This document shows positions 50,892-52,917 of a stretch of DNA of 52,917 nt, in pieces; within the stretch, counting starts at the first letter, position 1, and the number at the start of each line of letters is the position of its first letter. The position numbers were made by a program, and so were the translations under genes. The notes below the pieces were generated by a model. It ran no database searches and was not told where the DNA came from. It was given only the letters and a program-made list of their open reading frames with translations. The DNA is from Emiliania huxleyi CCMP1516 (lineage: Eukaryota): positions 355,016-407,932 of the forward strand of contig NW_005201318.1 of NCBI RefSeq assembly GCF_000372725.1. The letters run 5' to 3'.

Positions 50892-52193
50892 GAAGGTTTG
50901 CCCGCGTGCGACATACATGGAAATCTCTGCGCAACATCGGAAGATCCTTGGACTGTAGATCGTAGATGCCTTTTAGAGATCTCTTAAGTGGCAAATCTCC
51001 TGCCAAGAGCAGCAGTAGATTGAAGAACTGGTGGAGGCAAATCTTCTCCGGTGTAGATGCTCGAGAGGAGTCTGAGATCTCGAGTTGGTGCGTGCAGTCG
51101 CTTGAGATCTTGCGACAGAGGTGGAGATTCTGACCGCTTCGCGCCAAAGGCGCCTAGAGATCGTGTGGGCCGACTGGAGATTGCAAAATGGCGCGAAAAG
51201 AGTGTGCACCTTGTGACGGTGCCCTGGCAAAATCGTCCCGATTTCGATGCGCGATTTAGCTAAGTCCCAGAGCCGTTTACGCATGAGCGGGCCCCCTCAC
51301 CAGCCTAGGGCTCGCGCTTCTGGCCCGAGGTGTCGCCGCTGCCTCCCGCGCCCTCCGGCGCCTGCTGCTACTGCCGGTCGGCCGGTCGGGTCCGCGCGAC
51401 GGCTCCATCCTCGAGACGTAGCGGTCGCTGAGCGCTTTCTCGACCGCTACGTCTTCCAGTGCACCCACCCACCGCGACCCTCGAACCTGCGCTGCGCGGC
51501 GCAGTTGCTGCCGAGCGAGACGCCCCCGCCCGCGCAGGGGCGGCATCACCAGACGCTACCGCATGGCCGAGCAGCGAGCAGTGTGTGCCGCAGTGCCCGT
51601 CCGGGCCCTCTTGCAGCTGCCTCTATTGGGCGTAAACCGCGGATATAAGGGTCTATACGGAGGTGGGTGGCCTCTTAGAGGTATGATGGGAGCCGCTGGC
51701 ACCGCGCTGGGCGCCGCGGATGCACGTACGAACGAACATTATCGTTCAACGTAGAAATTTATTTCTGTAGTGTAACCCACTCCCAAGATTAATTCTCGCG
51801 CACGTCTACTCTTGGCCGAGGAGAGCGGTCTGCCTCCACCACAAATGCCCGAGCTCAATACTGGATGGATTGCCGACGGGCAAGCCTCATTGGCGCCCCC
51901 CCCCCTAAGCAGCCCGTCGATGCAAGTGGCTCGCGCGGCCACGGCCGCAACGACGCGTCGCCGGCGGCGCTCACTCGAGCCCGAGCCCTTCGCGATGGCA
52001 ACGCCAGGTTGTCGCGTCCGCCCCGCTAGCACTTTAGCACGCCTCCCGCATACCGACGACAGCATCGCACGCGGCGTCCACCGGCGGGGGAGCAATGGAG
52101 GAGCGGTCAGCAGTCTCGACCTTCCGACCCGCCTCTGTCCTTCGTGCACAGGTACTGAGCACATCCTACTCTCGCTGCTGGCTGTCCACACAG

Positions 52194-52530
52194 CCAGACC
52201 TAGAAACCTGCCCACACATCGGGTCACTGCCCCCTCTCTGCCCATCGCCCCACTGGCCCCTTCCCCACGGCCCTCGCTTCGCCCTGCACAGAGCCTCCCC
52301 GACGGAATGAAGAAACACCAGGGGTGAGGAACCACCCCGACCAAACCGACGGCGCGTCGGGGCCCCAGACCTAGAAACCTGCCCACACATCGGGTCACTG
52401 CCCCCTCTCTGCCCATCGCCCCACTGGCCCCTTCCCCACGGCCCTCGCTTCGCCCTGCACAGAGCCTCCCCGACGGAATGAAGAAACACCAGGGGTGAGG
52501 AACCACCCCGACCAAACCGACGGCGCGTCG
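52194..52530. repeat. Near-perfect ~171-bp tandem duplication
   Basis: Copies start at 52194 and 52365. Confidence 0.93.
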
Positions 52531-52917
52531 TGGCCAGCGCTCTCAAATGCGCCCCAAACTGTCCTGCCATTCTCCACGCCGACCGCCGCCCAGCAGCCAG
52601 AGCTGGCAGAAGCCGACGTGGCCGACGTGCAGCCGATGCAGATCGACCCGCCGGGCTCCGGATGCAACCTTGCCGTCGCCCCCTGCTCCACCGCCGCTCC
52701 CGCCCACCACGCCGCCGTTGCATTCGTCGAGCCGGCTGCACCTCGGCGTTCTCCCCGGCTACGACGCAGCGATTGTGATGGTATCATTTCGCATGCTGAC
52801 GTTCACGACCCGCCGGGCTCCAGTTGCACCCCCGCCGCTTCGCCGCCCGTCGCCAGGCCCGACGCACCCGCCGACCACGCCGCCGCTGCATCCGCCTGCA
52901 TGACACGTTATATTAGT

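Noticed and set aside
52148..52190. GTEHILLSLLA resembling a Clp N-terminal repeat motif
   Set aside because: Too short, with no supporting flanking exons in the window

Overview
Very GC-rich eukaryotic scaffold segment with two 100-N gaps. GC-AG introns, 10-bp GCCGAGATCT-type intron repeats and plastid-type presequences suggest a haptophyte such as Emiliania/Gephyrocapsa huxleyi (inference). Recognisable genes are: G-protein beta subunit, D27-like beta-carotene isomerase, a SAP-domain protein, a GCFC2/PAXBP1-type splicing factor, CCT8, a predicted plastid membrane protein, a Trf4/TENT4-like nucleotidyltransferase joined to TPR repeats, tocopherol cyclase and an F-box/RCC1 protein. Intergenic and intronic DNA is dense in mobile elements. 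The most striking structure is a 9-kb element (10813-19827) with A1...B1-A2-B2 split direct repeats, the signature of Ngaro/PAT-type tyrosine-recombinase retrotransposons. Its interior has no RT or YR gene but carries about 18 tandem copies of a ~382-bp hairpin-rich unit, and a truncated tyrosine recombinase lies just downstream. Also present: several hAT-like TIR elements, each with its own subterminal short motif, and many 5'-truncated non-LTR retroposon ends sharing a 'DG-stop' terminus and a 3' motif. All calls are by eye; no database search was run.
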